From a virus (taxonomy: Duplodnaviria > Caudoviricetes), in the IMG/VR virus record IMGVR_UViG_3300016476_000660, positions 1 to 59,743 of that record: a stretch of DNA of 59,743 bases; one strand, given 5' to 3'. Below the pieces are notes generated by a model. The model was not told where the DNA came from, ran no database searches, and saw only the letters and a program-made list of their open reading frames with translations. This document shows, piece by piece, positions 8,214 to 17,203 of this stretch. The stretch's first letter is position 1, and the number at the start of each line of letters is the position of its first letter. A program made the translations under genes and the position numbers.

Positions 8214-8256
8214 CTGTTTCCAAGACGAAAGATTGGTGTACTATGCTCATGTAGCA
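8214..8256 (+). promoter_or_regulatory. Sigma70-like promoter, copy A
   Basis: CTGTTTCC...TACTAT-GCTCATGTAGCA, with the same 25-nt offset as the copy at 9252. Confidence 0.55.
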
Positions 8257-8289
8257 CTCCACTTAACTGAACTTGGAAAGGAATACATC

Positions 8290-9249
8290 ATGGCTCACAT
8301 GCTTGCAACCACTGCATCTGGCAAAGCCTCAATGGCCTACGTTGGCGACACCCCTTGGCATGGCCTCGGTCAAAGGCTGACCAATGACGCATCACTCGAA
8401 GTCTGGGCTGAAGAATCCGGCCTTGACTTCATGATCCAATCCGCTGGCGTGCAATTTGCCACTCCGGATTCCAGCTGGTCCAAGAGCCAATTGCTCCCTT
8501 ATGAGGGTAAGAAGGTTCTTTACCGTACAGACTCCAATATGCCTCTTGGTCTGGTCTCTGACAAATACAAGATTGTGCAACCCATGGAGGTGCTGGAATT
8601 CTTCCGCGACATGATTGGCAGTATTGCGCATCTGGAAACTGCCGGTGTGCTTCGCAATGGCGCCCATTATTGGGCATTGGCCAAAATGGATGGCGAGTTC
8701 TCAGTGGCCGGCGATAAAGTGGCTCAATATCTCCTCATGGCATCTAGTTGCGATGGCTCTCTGGCCACTCAGGCAAGGCTCACCTCGGTTCGTGTTGTTT
8801 GCAACAACACATTGCAAATTGCTACCAACTCACGCAGCGGCAACGTTGTCCAAGTACGCCACAATTCGGTCTTCGACGCCGCCAACGTCAAGTCGCAGCT
8901 TGGTGAGTTCAACCAAGCCTTCAAGGACTTTGAGGCCACGGCTAAGCTCCTGGCCAAAGTCAAGATTGATTCCACTCGAGCAATGGAGATCTTTACCAAG
9001 GTTCTTGGGGGCGACGACAAAAAGCCAAGCCGCGCAGCAGCTCGAGCATTGGCTCTCTTTGAAGGCGCTGGTATCGGTGCCAACTTGGAATCAGCCAAAG
9101 GCACAGCCTGGGGCGCTCTCAATGCCGTCACTCAGTTGATGGATTGGGAGACTGCTCGCACACCGGATGCCAGAATGGCCAATGCCTGGTTTGGTGGTGG
9201 TGTTAATGTTAAGGCAAAGGTTGCAGAAGAACTGCTGACTCTGGCATAA
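8290..9249 (+). CDS. DUF932 / TIGR03299-like phage-plasmid protein
   Basis: PWHGLG, Y.IVQ..E, ETAG.L, RVVCNNTL, GTAWGALNAVT. Confidence 0.85.
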   Translation: MAHMLATTASGKASMAYVGDTPWHGLGQRLTNDASLEVWAEESGLDFMIQSAGVQFATPDSSWSKSQLLPYEGKKVLYRTDSNMPLGLVSDKYKIVQPMEVLEFFRDMIGSIAHLETAGVLRNGAHYWALAKMDGEFSVAGDKVAQYLLMASSCDGSLATQARLTSVRVVCNNTLQIATNSRSGNVVQVRHNSVFDAANVKSQLGEFNQAFKDFEATAKLLAKVKIDSTRAMEIFTKVLGGDDKKPSRAAARALALFEGAGIGANLESAKGTAWGALNAVTQLMDWETARTPDARMANAWFGGGVNVKAKVAEELLTLA

Positions 9250-9251
9250 AT

Positions 9252-9295
9252 CTGTTTACTTTCCCTGGCGAAATGGTATTATGGCTCATGTGGCA
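9252..9295 (+). promoter_or_regulatory. Sigma70-like extended -10 promoter, copy B
   Basis: TTTACT(9255)-16 nt-TATTAT(9277) with TGn. Shares the GCTCATGT(A/G)GCA tail with copy A. Confidence 0.6.
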
Positions 9296-9340
9296 AGCAA
9301 TACCGCCACATGGCCAAATTGATAATTGAAAGGAACGACC

Positions 9341-9745
9341 ATGAAACAGCTTGCAAGTAACGTACGTATCAACACCTCAGGTGACCCATTCAAAGTCATG
9401 CACGATGTCGTAGTTGAGGTCCTTGAAAATGGCCAATGGGTCAAGCATGCTGGCTTCAACTCCCTCTCCAATGACTACGCGTACAGCTCAGCCAACGAGG
9501 CTGCTATGCGGTATATGAATCTCAATCCGGTTCTGCCACCCGAGCGTGTACACACCTTTGGCAAGCTGGTTGGTGCCAACCTGGTCTATCGTGAGTACGA
9601 GACTTTCATCTCCGATGGCGCCACTCTGTTTCCTGATCAGGCTTATGTGGCTTATGAAAAAGGCGCATGTGGTGATGACATTCACGCCTATGGCGCTACT
9701 CCTGAAGAAGCTGTTGCCAATCTCCGCGAGATGATCGAGGACTAA
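9341..9745 (+). CDS. Hypothetical protein (C-terminal YGATPEEA, HicB-like motif)
   Basis: TTGAAAGGA RBS. Confidence 0.7.
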   Translation: MKQLASNVRINTSGDPFKVMHDVVVEVLENGQWVKHAGFNSLSNDYAYSSANEAAMRYMNLNPVLPPERVHTFGKLVGANLVYREYETFISDGATLFPDQAYVAYEKGACGDDIHAYGATPEEAVANLREMIED

Positions 9746-9749
9746 CCCC

Positions 9750-9765
9750 AGGCCCTTCGGGGCCT
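9750..9765 (+). terminator. GC hairpin with cUUCGg tetraloop (terminator or RNA stabiliser)
   Basis: AGGCCC-TTCG-GGGCCT. The U tail is weak. Confidence 0.55.
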
Positions 9766-9790
9766 TCATTGACTATTGAAAGGAACTACC

Positions 9791-10012
9791 ATGGATACCA
9801 ATCGCGCCTTCACTCTGGCCCAACTGGATGCTCTGTGCCATGCCCTTGATGACTACCTGGCCCTCACTGTTGATGAGCACTTTGCATTGCATAACACGAT
9901 GACAACTGAGTTCAAGTTAGTTCGTGACCGGCTCATGGCCAACTACACACCAATCGAAGCCCGAATCTACGCTCTGAAAGTTATGCAGCAAATACCTATT
10001 ACAACTGAGTAA
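9791..10012 (+). CDS. Hypothetical protein
   Basis: TTGAAAGGA RBS. Confidence 0.65.
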   Translation: MDTNRAFTLAQLDALCHALDDYLALTVDEHFALHNTMTTEFKLVRDRLMANYTPIEARIYALKVMQQIPITTE

Positions 10013-10076
10013 TATGGTGTATATTTGTTCTGTTGTCCACTCGTCCACTCGTTGTTGATTATTGAAAGGTAGGCAT

Positions 10077-10604
10077 ATGAATATCTTCTTTTTGCACCGT
10101 CTAGCCCCTGTTGCCGCAGCTATGCATTGCGACAAGCATGTTGGCAAAATGCTTATCGAGTCCTGCCAGCTTTTGGCCACGGCGCACCATGTTCATGGCA
10201 ATGGTCATGCAGTCTCCTACAAATCTACGCATGTCAATCATCCAAGCGCCATCTGGACTCGCCAGTCCCGCTTGCATTATGACTATGTCGTTACCTTGGC
10301 CACCTATCTTGGCCGCGAATTCTTTGTACGCTATGGCAAAAACCACAAGTCACGTGACGTGCTTGTTGCCGAGCTACTCAAAGCCCCACCTGCCATGTAT
10401 GACATGCCGGCTACATGGTCCGACCCACCCCTAGCTATGCCTGACCAATACAAATCCAATGATGCCGTCGAATCCTACCGTCGTTACTACGCTTCTAAAT
10501 CCGCAACCATGCCCATGCTTTATCACCGTGGTGAGCGACCCATGCCAATCTGGCTCAGTGACTATATCAACGATCACCAGTCAATTGTCTTGGAGGCCGC
10601 ATGA
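10077..10604 (+). CDS. Pyrimidine-dimer DNA glycosylase-like protein (DenV-related family)
   Basis: MNIF.L...AA..HCDKHV.KM..ES.Q.L, YK.TH.NHP..IW, YRRYY. Confidence 0.75.
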   Translation: MNIFFLHRLAPVAAAMHCDKHVGKMLIESCQLLATAHHVHGNGHAVSYKSTHVNHPSAIWTRQSRLHYDYVVTLATYLGREFFVRYGKNHKSRDVLVAELLKAPPAMYDMPATWSDPPLAMPDQYKSNDAVESYRRYYASKSATMPMLYHRGERPMPIWLSDYINDHQSIVLEAA

Positions 10605-10762
10605 GTCTCTATCGCATTGAATGTGTAATTCTTGTCCATGGCGACAATCTTGAAGATGCTGTGCAAGAATTCAACGAGCAATTAACTCTTTTGGGTACCC
10701 AATTTGGTGTAATTGCTGATGTGCATATCATTGCCGCTGAGGGCATTGAGGAGCTAGAATGA
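10601..10762 (+). CDS. Small acidic hypothetical protein (53 aa, not in ORF track)
   Basis: GGAGG RBS. ATGA overlaps at both ends. Confidence 0.65.
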   Translation: MSLYRIECVILVHGDNLEDAVQEFNEQLTLLGTQFGVIADVHIIAAEGIEELE

Positions 10763-11160
10763 CAACCTTTGAACAAGTTGGTGAGTTTCGTAAAAAGATG
10801 GGGCTGCCCATATCCACGTTTCCGCATCTGCTCTCGCCCGAAGAGTCATCTTACTTTGTGCGATTCATCCTTGAGGAAATTTCTGAGTACATGAAAGCCT
10901 ATGAAGAAAACTCTTTGGTTGATGCTGCTGATGCCATTGTCGATCTTGTGTATGTTGCTCTTGGTTGTGCTCATGCAATGGGCCTACCTTTTGATGCGTT
11001 ATTTGAAGTGGTACACGCGGCAAATATGAAAAAGCAGCCAGCAGATGACTTCATACGCTCAACACGAGGTCGTCAATATGACGTAGTCAAGCCTATCGGT
11101 TGGACCGGCCCTGAAGGCGAGATGCTCGCCATTCTCTCACAATACAAAGGTGGCGAATGA
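10759..11160 (+). CDS. MazG/PRA-PH-like nucleotide pyrophosphohydrolase
   Basis: EEISE...DAIVDLVYV..G...VHAANMKK...K..KP.GW. Confidence 0.85.
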   Translation: MTTFEQVGEFRKKMGLPISTFPHLLSPEESSYFVRFILEEISEYMKAYEENSLVDAADAIVDLVYVALGCAHAMGLPFDALFEVVHAANMKKQPADDFIRSTRGRQYDVVKPIGWTGPEGEMLAILSQYKGGE

Positions 11161-11522
11161 AAATCTCTGACCTGATCGATATGTATGTCGAAGCCAAAGC
11201 TTTGAAGGAAAGCTTAAATGAGGACATCAAAAAGATTAACGAAAAAATGGCCGCCATTGAAGCCGACATTATGGAACAAATGGCTCTTGCAGGAATTACG
11301 CAAGCCGCGTCGGACAAGGCAAGTTGCACCATGCGCGAAACGCATCATCCATCCATTGAGGATTGGAACGCCTTCTACGATCATGTTGCAAAGACAAATC
11401 AATTTGAACTTCTTCACAAGCGTTTATCCTCTCAAGTCTTCCGTGAGCGGTGGGAGGCTGGAGATCTTATCCCCGGTACGAAAATGTCTTCCGTCTGGGA
11501 ACTTTCCGTTCGTCGCAAGTAA
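11157..11522 (+). CDS. Conserved phage replication-region protein
   Basis: N-terminal coiled coil, DW..FY, LL.KR, IPG. Confidence 0.7.
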   Translation: MKISDLIDMYVEAKALKESLNEDIKKINEKMAAIEADIMEQMALAGITQAASDKASCTMRETHHPSIEDWNAFYDHVAKTNQFELLHKRLSSQVFRERWEAGDLIPGTKMSSVWELSVRRK

Positions 11523-11541
11523 CTTGTTGAAAGGAGCCATC

Positions 11542-12291
11542 ATGGCCAAAACTAATAATGCTGTTGCACTGTTTGAAGATCAACTGGCCGCTATGGCCAC
11601 AGAGAATGTCAAGGCCGAGCAGTCTGGTTTGACAGCCACGTATCTGTCAACCAAAGGTGGTATCCTCACTTATCGTGGTGACCCGATCACTGGCAACAAA
11701 CTGGCATGCGTCATTCTTGCAGCTCCGATTGAGCGTCTTTACTACTCAGATCGGTATGACCCTACTAAAGTCGTAGGCCCTAAATGCTTTGCCATTGCCC
11801 CTGTAGCGACTGGCATGGGACCTGCGTCAACTGCGGAGGCACCACAACATGAAAATTGCGAAGGTTGCCCACAAAACCAGTGGGGCTCGTCACCTACCGG
11901 TGGCAAAGGCAAAGCCTGCCGTGAAACACGCCGACTCCTACTCATCCCAGCAGATAGCATTACCACTGCGGAGTCTGTGGCTGCGGCAGAGATCGCGGCG
12001 CTTCGACCGCCGGTCACCAGCATTAAGAATTATTCCAACTATGTACAAACAGTCGCCGCAACGCTAAAGCGCCCGCCTCTGGCTGTCATTACTGAGATTG
12101 CTGTTGTGCCTGACCCCAAGACGCAATTCAAGGTGACTTTCAGTATGGTCAAGGCAATTGATGACCCGGCTATTGTGCAGGCAATTATCAAACGCTCTCA
12201 GGACGAGGTCCAAAGGGCTATTGAGACTGCTGGTCAAATGGATGATGATCAACCTGCTGCAGCGCCCGCAGCCGAGTCAGATCGTTTTTAA
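11542..12291 (+). CDS. Putative ssDNA-binding protein with Cys motif
   Basis: CEGCPQNQWGS..GKGKAC. Acidic tail ending in Phe. Located upstream of the polymerase. Confidence 0.6.
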   Translation: MAKTNNAVALFEDQLAAMATENVKAEQSGLTATYLSTKGGILTYRGDPITGNKLACVILAAPIERLYYSDRYDPTKVVGPKCFAIAPVATGMGPASTAEAPQHENCEGCPQNQWGSSPTGGKGKACRETRRLLLIPADSITTAESVAAAEIAALRPPVTSIKNYSNYVQTVAATLKRPPLAVITEIAVVPDPKTQFKVTFSMVKAIDDPAIVQAIIKRSQDEVQRAIETAGQMDDDQPAAAPAAESDRF

Positions 12292-12302
12292 TTGGAGGCT
12301 AT

Positions 12303-12497
12303 ATGGCCTTTATTAGTGTTGATGTGCATCTTGATGAGTTCTCAGATGAAGAGCTCATGGAAGAAATGCGACTGCGCGATCTACATTTCTTTGATGTCAA
12401 AGCTTTGTATGACGTTTACGCAACAAAAGGCAAAGACGCATTCTATGAAGCGGCTAAACGTTTTGTAGAAGATAAGACTGGTCGCATTATGGTGTGA
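12303..12497 (+). CDS. Hypothetical protein
   Basis: GGAGG RBS. Confidence 0.7.
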   Translation: MAFISVDVHLDEFSDEELMEEMRLRDLHFFDVKALYDVYATKGKDAFYEAAKRFVEDKTGRIMV

Positions 12498-12502
12498 GTT
12501 AC

Positions 12503-12565
12503 GGGGGAAAGCGGATGCTGCGGATACGTCCCATGGTCATCGAGACTCAGTGCAGCGAGTACCCC
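12503..12565 (+). ncRNA. Candidate structured RNA
   Basis: GGGG/CCCC and GCUGC/GCAGC stems flank a GAA/AGUA internal loop. Inner hairpins GGA-UACG-UCC and GUC-AUCGA-GAC. Confidence 0.5.
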
Positions 12566-12585
12566 ACCTTCTCTTGAGGATTGAA

Positions 12586-12834
12586 ATGAAAATGTTTACG
12601 TTAATCATTGTATGCGCGACTTTGATAAGTTGCTCATCAACATCTAATCCTTCTCAGGCTTTGATATTGGATAAAGAAATCAACGCCATGAGTCGTAATG
12701 AGGTCATCATTGCTGTCAAGGAATGCGAAGTTAGTCGCATGCGAGCAGTGCTTGTTATGGGTAAGCGTAAAATCGGCAACCACACAACTGATGTTGTGGT
12801 TGATGTTACTTGTGCCCCTCTCTATTTCTACTAA
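12586..12834 (+). CDS. Putative lipoprotein
   Basis: MKMFTLIIVCATLISC signal with lipobox. GAGGA RBS. Confidence 0.65.
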   Translation: MKMFTLIIVCATLISCSSTSNPSQALILDKEINAMSRNEVIIAVKECEVSRMRAVLVMGKRKIGNHTTDVVVDVTCAPLYFY

Positions 12835-14651
12835 TGACACCTATATTCCTTGACTTTGAAACCGAAGGCATCGAGGCTCGCCCGACGTATCCGCCTAAAC
12901 CGGTGGGTTTGGCTGTGTATGATCCTACAGGTCAGTTTGCTGATGGGTATTTTGCTTTCGGTCATATTACGGGTAATAACACTACTTTTGACGCCGTAAG
13001 GCGCATGATGGGAGAAATGTATGCTTCAAATCGATCGCTATGCTTTCATAACGCCCTATTTGACTTGGATGTGGCTGATATTCACTTTGGCCTGGGTATC
13101 CCCGACGCATCTAAGTTACACGACACTCTCATTCTTAGTTTTTTGTTCGACCCACATGTACCTTCATTATCGCTCAAAGATCTCGTGGTCCACTGGAACC
13201 TTGCCCGCCCAGAAGAACGAGATGAACTTAAAGAATGGATCATTAATAACGTCCCTGACGCTAAACGAAAAAAGTCCCAATGGGGCGCCCACATCAGCAA
13301 AGGACCCGTCGAGCTGGTAGGGCGCTATGCCATGGCAGACGTGCGGCTTACGGCGCAGTTATTTGACTTTACCGCCTCGCACGTTTTGCCGGCGCAACAG
13401 GCGCCGTATACACGTGAACTTGAACTGATCCCACTGTTGCTTGAAAACTCACGTTTAGGTGTTCGAGTTGATGTGGCTGGGTTAGCAGCAGCAAAAGAGC
13501 AGGCCATAAAAGATATTGAGGCTTGTAATGTTTGGGTTCGTGCATTATTGAATTCTCCTGAATTGAATGTCGACAGCGATTCTCAGCTGGTCGAAAGTAT
13601 TTATCAATCGGAGTATTGGGACAAAAATAAAACCTGGCCTACCACAGATAAAGGCCAAAAACAGGCTACCAAAGAAGCACTAGAGGAGATGCTAACCAAT
13701 GAGTACCTTAGAGATGTCCTCAGATATCGTGCGAATCTATCTACATGTCTCTCGACTTTCATTGACCCTTGGCTCACATCCGGAAGTTCTACCGGTCGCA
13801 TCTATACCAATTGGAACTCGGTTAGAGGCGAGCGTGGCGGGACACGAACAGGACGGCTCAGTAGTACTCCGAATTTCCAAAATGCACCTATACGATACCC
13901 GAGAGTAAACTTACCACCTGATCTCGATGTGGCGCCATTGCCATTGGTTCGCAGTTTCATTCTACCGGATGAAGGCCATAAGCTGGTTGCATGCGACTTC
14001 AACGCTCAAGAATTACGTATCTTTGCACATTTTGAAGGTGGTAACTTGATGCAACAGTATCAGCAAGATGCTCGAGCTGATTTGCATACTTATGCAGCTA
14101 AGATGATGTCTGAGGCATCTGGTCGTGAGGTTAGCCGTACTTACTCAAAAGGCGTCTCATTTGCAATTCTGTATGGCGCAGGACCAAAGAAGATTAGTGA
14201 AATGCTGGAAATCGACTACGAACTGGCCAAGACATTGATGGATGCCTATACCACAGCCGTGGCTCCGGGCCTCAAGGCGATGCAAGCTACCATGAGGACA
14301 AGGTACAAATTGGGCCAACCTATCAAAACCCTTGGCGGGCGTCTGGTCAAAATGGAACCACCTAAGATTATCAATGGCCGTCTACGTGAGTTTGATTATA
14401 AAGGTGTTAATCTACTCATTCAAGGCTCAGCTGCAGACCAGGCCAAGGCAGCTATGCTATTATTCCAAAAGACACGCCAAGATAGTCGACTGCTTTTGAG
14501 TGTGCACGATGAGCTGGTTATCTCAGCACCTGAGGGTGTGGTAGAACGCGAGGCTGAATGCTTGACGCAAGCTATGTGTAATGCTTTACCAATGGATGTG
14601 CCTATGGTGAGTGACTACAAGGTTGGTAATAGTTATCAGGAGACTAAATAA
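12834..14651 (+). CDS. polA: DNA polymerase family A with 3'-5' exonuclease
   Basis: Exo motifs DFE, HNALFD, YAMAD. RTGRLSS. Motif A DFNAQELR, motif B KGVSFAILYG, motif C VHDE. Confidence 0.95.
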   Translation: MTPIFLDFETEGIEARPTYPPKPVGLAVYDPTGQFADGYFAFGHITGNNTTFDAVRRMMGEMYASNRSLCFHNALFDLDVADIHFGLGIPDASKLHDTLILSFLFDPHVPSLSLKDLVVHWNLARPEERDELKEWIINNVPDAKRKKSQWGAHISKGPVELVGRYAMADVRLTAQLFDFTASHVLPAQQAPYTRELELIPLLLENSRLGVRVDVAGLAAAKEQAIKDIEACNVWVRALLNSPELNVDSDSQLVESIYQSEYWDKNKTWPTTDKGQKQATKEALEEMLTNEYLRDVLRYRANLSTCLSTFIDPWLTSGSSTGRIYTNWNSVRGERGGTRTGRLSSTPNFQNAPIRYPRVNLPPDLDVAPLPLVRSFILPDEGHKLVACDFNAQELRIFAHFEGGNLMQQYQQDARADLHTYAAKMMSEASGREVSRTYSKGVSFAILYGAGPKKISEMLEIDYELAKTLMDAYTTAVAPGLKAMQATMRTRYKLGQPIKTLGGRLVKMEPPKIINGRLREFDYKGVNLLIQGSAADQAKAAMLLFQKTRQDSRLLLSVHDELVISAPEGVVEREAECLTQAMCNALPMDVPMVSDYKVGNSYQETK

Positions 14652-15289
14652 TGCGTAGCTTTTCTCACTCGTCTATCAAGTCATACGAAGAATGCCCTTA
14701 TAAGTATCGCTTGACTCGTATCGATGGACTTAAAGAACCTACGGGTGAGGCTGCGCAACGAGGCAAAGATATCCATACCGCATTTGAGAATGCCATTGAT
14801 CACCAAGAAATTCTCATTGCCCCGTTTGAGTATTGGAATGACTACGTTGCCGAGCTTATAGGGAAAGGGGCCAAGAGTGAGATGCAATTCGCTATCAAAA
14901 AAGACTGGACTCGTACAGATTTTCTTGCTGCCGATGCTTGGCTTCGTGGTATTTATGATGTGCTGTGGATTAATGGCCCTACTGCTCATGTCATGGATTG
15001 GAAAACAGGTAAAGAGAGGGATTACAGCGATCAACTCAAACTTTACGCCACCATCATAATGGCGGAATACCCAAAAGTAGAAACTGTTACCACTGAAATT
15101 TGCTACATTGATCTCAATAAGCGTCAAGCAGGGCAGGCATACTCACGATTAGAGCATGAGAAACTTAAAGAGTGGGTTACTACTCGAGTCACCAAAATTG
15201 AGAATGACGACATCTTTGCGCCACGGCCATCACATGGTTGCAAATGGTGCCACTTTAGGAAGTCCAATGGGGGCCCTTGCCAATGGTAA
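14651..15289 (+). CDS. PD-(D/E)XK exonuclease (Cas4/RecB-like)
   Basis: S.S....CP, RGIYD, DWKTG, QL..Y, CKWC...C. Confidence 0.85.
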   Translation: MRSFSHSSIKSYEECPYKYRLTRIDGLKEPTGEAAQRGKDIHTAFENAIDHQEILIAPFEYWNDYVAELIGKGAKSEMQFAIKKDWTRTDFLAADAWLRGIYDVLWINGPTAHVMDWKTGKERDYSDQLKLYATIIMAEYPKVETVTTEICYIDLNKRQAGQAYSRLEHEKLKEWVTTRVTKIENDDIFAPRPSHGCKWCHFRKSNGGPCQW

Positions 15290-15570
15290 CTCGAGCATTA
15301 CTTGAACGAGACCTGGAAGCGTACTTTACGCGGCAATGCAAAAAACTAAATCTACTCACACTAAAGTTACATGTCCGATATGCGAGAGGGTGGCCCGACC
15401 GGATCGTGGTCTTATCTGGTGGACATACATTATGGGTGGAACTGAAAAAACCTGGGGGAAAGACAACCCCTCTGCAGGACAAAGTACACAAGCAACTAAA
15501 AGATCTTAATCATACAGTTTACGTATTAGATTCTAAAGAAGGGATTGACAGTGTTCTGGGACCCGCATGA
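15283..15570 (+). CDS. VRR-NUC domain nuclease
   Basis: ERDLE, GWPDR, VELK..GG....LQ. Confidence 0.85.
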   Translation: MVTRALLERDLEAYFTRQCKKLNLLTLKLHVRYARGWPDRIVVLSGGHTLWVELKKPGGKTTPLQDKVHKQLKDLNHTVYVLDSKEGIDSVLGPA

Positions 15571-16939
15571 GTATCAAAAGGAAGCTGTAAAGTTCCTCAT
15601 CACTCGAGGCTCAGGTAGTCTTTGGCTCGACCCTGGTCTAGGCAAAACTTCTATTGTGTTGTCAGCTTATCGAATTTTGAAGACCAAAGGGCATTGCAAA
15701 AAGATGCTGGTACTAGCCCCTCTGCGGCCTACGTATGCTGTATGGCCTGCTGAGACCAAGAAATGGGAACAGTTCGAGAATTACTCAGTTGGCATATTGC
15801 ATGGTGGCAATAAGAATAAAGTTCTTAAGCAAAACCACGACATCTATGTGATGAATTATGAAGGCATTGGCTGGCTCTCGTCGCAGCTCAATGGCAAGCC
15901 TTGGCCCTTTGAAGTATTGGTTGTGGATGAGATCTCGTACTTGAAGAATACGCAATCACAACGCTACAAGTCATTGAAGCCATTGTTAAACAAGTTTGAT
16001 CGGCGTTGGGGACTAACTGGCTCGCCTGCGCCAAATGGGTTGCTGGATATCTTTGGCCCGCAATATGTCATTGACCAAGGCGCCACATTTGGGCCTTACA
16101 TTACTCGCTTCAAGAATGAGTATTTTTATCCATCCGGCTTTGGTGGGTATGAGTGGAAAATTAAACCGGATGGCGAGCAACGTATCTATGACGCCTTGGA
16201 GGGCAAGGTACTTCGTATGGCGGCGCTAGACCATCTAGATTTGCCCGAGTTAACATACAACAATATCTATGTAGAACTACCTGCGGAGGCCAAGAAAATC
16301 TATAAGCGCCTCGAGGATGACCTCACCATTGACTTGCAATATGGCAACATAACAGCTGCGAATGCGGCCGTGGCGGTCATGAAATGTCAACAAGTTGCCA
16401 ATGGAGGCTCATATCTAGATGGAGAAAACAAAGAAACGATACACATCCACGACGCCAAGACACAGGCCGTTCAAGATCTGGTTGACGAATTGTCGGGCCA
16501 ACCTTGTATTATCGGTTTCCATTTTCAGCATGACTTGGAAAGACTTAAAGCTGCGTTCCCTGATGCCCCAGTTATTGGTTCTGGGGTTGTGGGTGATCGA
16601 CTTGATAGTATTGTTAAGTCATGGAATGCCATGGAGATTCCAGTTCTACTTGCGCACCCAATGTCTGCTGGCCACGGTCTCAATCTTCAAGGCTCTGGCC
16701 ACGCGGTTATCTGGTACTCGCTTACGTGGTCACTTGAAGTTTATGAGCAATTCATTAGACGCCTGTGGAGACAAGGTCAAAAAAATCATATCGTAGTTCA
16801 CCACATTATTGCAAAAGATACCATTGATGAGGCCATTGTCTCGGCTGTGAAACGCAAAGACAAGACTCAACAAAATCTGTTAAATGCGGTGCGCGATTAC
16901 GTGCAACGTGATAAAATTGAAATTGCTGCTGATCATTGA
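15551..16939 (+). CDS. SNF2-family helicase
   Basis: DPGLGKT, DEIS, LTGSP, GHGLNLQ, RLWRQGQ. Confidence 0.9.
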   Translation: MFWDPHEYQKEAVKFLITRGSGSLWLDPGLGKTSIVLSAYRILKTKGHCKKMLVLAPLRPTYAVWPAETKKWEQFENYSVGILHGGNKNKVLKQNHDIYVMNYEGIGWLSSQLNGKPWPFEVLVVDEISYLKNTQSQRYKSLKPLLNKFDRRWGLTGSPAPNGLLDIFGPQYVIDQGATFGPYITRFKNEYFYPSGFGGYEWKIKPDGEQRIYDALEGKVLRMAALDHLDLPELTYNNIYVELPAEAKKIYKRLEDDLTIDLQYGNITAANAAVAVMKCQQVANGGSYLDGENKETIHIHDAKTQAVQDLVDELSGQPCIIGFHFQHDLERLKAAFPDAPVIGSGVVGDRLDSIVKSWNAMEIPVLLAHPMSAGHGLNLQGSGHAVIWYSLTWSLEVYEQFIRRLWRQGQKNHIVVHHIIAKDTIDEAIVSAVKRKDKTQQNLLNAVRDYVQRDKIEIAADH

Positions 16940-16993
16940 AAAGTATCCATGCCGTATTTCTATCTACCAATTCCAACACAAGGAGAACCTACT

Positions 16994-17203
16994 ATGTCTG
17001 AGGTAAAGCGCCGCCGTGTCAATAAACAAGCAAAGATTATAGTGCTAGTGGAGGAGAACCCTAAGCGCAATAATACGCTGGCTGCAGAGCGGTTTGCATT
17101 ATACGAAAATGGCATGACAGTCGAAGAATACGTTGCCGCAGGTGGTCGTACTGGCGATATTGCACATGACGTTGCAGCAGGGTATATCGAACTGGAAGAC
17201 TAA
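16994..17203 (+). CDS. Small putative DNA-binding protein (NPKR...RF..Y..GMTV..Y)
   Basis: AGGAG RBS. Translationally coupled to the glycosyltransferase-like gene. Confidence 0.6.
   Translation: MSEVKRRRVNKQAKIIVLVEENPKRNNTLAAERFALYENGMTVEEYVAAGGRTGDIAHDVAAGYIELED

Noticed and set aside
10035-10051. Tandem GTCCACTC repeat
   Set aside because: Only two copies of 8 nt, compatible with chance or slippage.
9326-11541. ORF-track starts at 9326, 9776, 10062 and 11218
   Set aside because: The first three use the TTG inside the TTGAAAGG RBS motif, and 11218 runs through the upstream gene. Real starts are the downstream ATGs at 9341, 9791, 10077 and 11542.
12503-12565. tRNA gene
   Set aside because: No T-loop GTTC, D-loop or 7-bp acceptor stem.
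14651-15289. Cas4 as part of a CRISPR system
   Set aside because: Stand-alone PD-(D/E)XK nuclease in a typical PolA-VRR-NUC-SNF2 replication module.
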